From Octopus bimaculoides (taxonomy: Eukaryota), in the NCBI RefSeq assembly GCF_001194135.2, contig NC_068984.1:23087728-23151727 (forward strand): 64,000 nucleotides of DNA, written 5' to 3'. A program made the position numbers and the translations under genes. The stretch's first letter is position 1, and every line of letters begins with the position of its first letter. The notes beneath the pieces are model-generated. The model was not told the origin of the DNA and did no database searches. It saw only the letters and a list, made by a program, of their open reading frames with translations. Below, one piece after another: positions 62,465 through 64,000 of the stretch.

Positions 62465-62627
62465 TGGTGCCTTGTAAAATGTACCCAGTACACTCTGTAA
62501 AGTGGTTGGCATTAAGAAGGGCATCCAGCTGTAGAAACCAAGCCAAAACAGACTATAGAACCTGGTGTGGTTCCTGACCTTGCCATCTCTTGTCAAACCA
62601 TCCAGCATGGAAAACAGACATTAAATG
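62465..62627 (+). mobile_element. RTE tail fragment
   Basis: cactctgtaaagtggttggcattaagaagggcatccagctgtagaaacc...cagcatggaaaacagacattaaatga. Confidence 0.75.
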
Positions 62628-63159
62628 AAAAGAAGAGTATGTTCAGGACTACACTGTTTAATGTGTCCAGTAAAATGGTGTTTTGAGGGTAACTTGACTG
62701 TTATTTATAGCAAACTGAATGACTGCAGAGTCTTGCCTCATTTCAAATTTTATACTACACTTGAAGCACCATAAAACTGTTGAAGAGTCCAGAATTAATT
62801 GGTGGCTTTTTTTATGTTTATAATCCTCTACCACATACTTCAGCGATGGTATTTACACCTCACACTTCTCTCAAAATTTCCTACAGAAAACAGGGAAGAT
62901 AGTTATTAACTATATTTCAGCGAGAACCAAGCAATAAAGTAATCACAGTAACAAATATTTCTAAGAAAAGTTATTGTTTTATTGGGGTTATACTAAATAA
63001 AATTAAAATTTGTGCAGTTTGAAAGCACAAATTGTAGCTGGAATATATATGTGTGTGTGTGTGTATATATATATATACAAACATACACCTTTATTTTGCT
63101 GGGCTCAAATCTCATTTATGAACCTATGGAAAACGAACCTCTACCAACTATTCTGCCTA

Positions 63160-63370
63160 TATGTCTGTACACACCTTTCAATGCAATGTATGCCAGAAAG
63201 TTTGCAAGCCTAATGGAGGCATCAAAAGACATTTTAAGATCCACAAAGATCAGAACTTATCTGCAGCTCGTGGTGGTCCATATGGGATATGCAATGTATA
63301 TGAGTGTCTTTTCAAAACATAGTCTGGTTTAAAAAGCCACATCAGATGACATGATAGTACTAAGGTGTAG
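63160..63370 (+). pseudogene. Decayed twin C2H2 zinc-finger segment (probably a LINE C-terminal Zn-finger tail)
   Basis: HTFQCNVCQKVCKPNGGIKRHFKIH...GICNVYECLFKT*SGLKSHIR*H; two stops. Confidence 0.55.
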
Positions 63371-64000
63371 GTACAGGAGGTGGTCAAATTCTGCATAATA
63401 TATATATATATGTGTGTAGTCCTCAAAATCATTATCTTTCTGTCCTTTGTAAGTTTGTTCTTCAATCTAGGTTTTGTATATAAGGAGCTGTTGTCCTAAT
63501 AGTTTAGTTTGTGATGTAGCTCTGGGCCAAACAAAATGTATTTTAAAACAAATACAGAATATGGAAAGCTTCATACAGTGCAGAGAGAGAGAGAATTAAT
63601 AATTTGCTAATTCCATATAGTTTGGGTGAACCACCCTTCTGCAGAGAAAAAAGTAGTTAACAAATTATCAGAAATCAGAGATCACTATTTGTATATGGCA
63701 ATCTCTGATTTGATAATGCTGTAACTGCTTAATGCCTGAAATATAAGGAAATATTTCTTTATTTTCTTATATGAAAATACTTCAAACCAACTACAACACT
63801 TTTCTTTCAAAATGTATATTGTCTGGCATATTGCTTTTCAATAAAACAATTTTTTTGTCTCAGTTAACTTTGAAAATAACCAAAGAGTTGAAGGAATTTT
63901 AATAGCAGAGTTTTTGTTTTCTTAAGATGGTTTTTGTTATATAACCTAACGAATATGTTCTGTTGTAAAATAATCAAGGTTTTTAAATGATAGGCTTTGT

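Overview
AT-rich eukaryotic genomic scaffold, dominated by microsatellites and transposons, with nine N-gaps (4205-4765, 8956-9330, 11442-11779, 12733-13122, 31850-32639, 52911-52976, 54275-54632, 55581-56213, 58990-59072). The repeat content most resembles an octopod cephalopod assembly (inference, not verified). Only one host coding exon is convincing: 109-353 on the minus strand, a coiled-coil segment resembling CCDC33, with a few weak candidate exons upstream. The rest is intronic or intergenic. It holds several tRNA-derived SINE families, RTE and R4/Dong LINE relics, full-length dead mariner (29672-30982) and Tc1 (42927-44434) elements, mariner and piggyBac MITEs, a Helentron-type non-autonomous element, an old ~28-bp minisatellite field (19-25 kb) and duplicated exon-like relics. 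The most interesting signal is a Penelope-like (PLE) / hammerhead-ribozyme (HHR) ensemble. (i) A PLE relic whose GIY-YIG endonuclease is split by a ~130-aa in-frame low-complexity insert. (ii) Two related TSD-flanked elements carrying inverted minimal HHRs, one with a tRNA-like Pol III head. (iii) A ~580-bp fold-back element with two outward-facing HHRs whose arm differences are mostly G-U compatible. All protein and family assignments come from manual translation and motif recall; no database searches were run.
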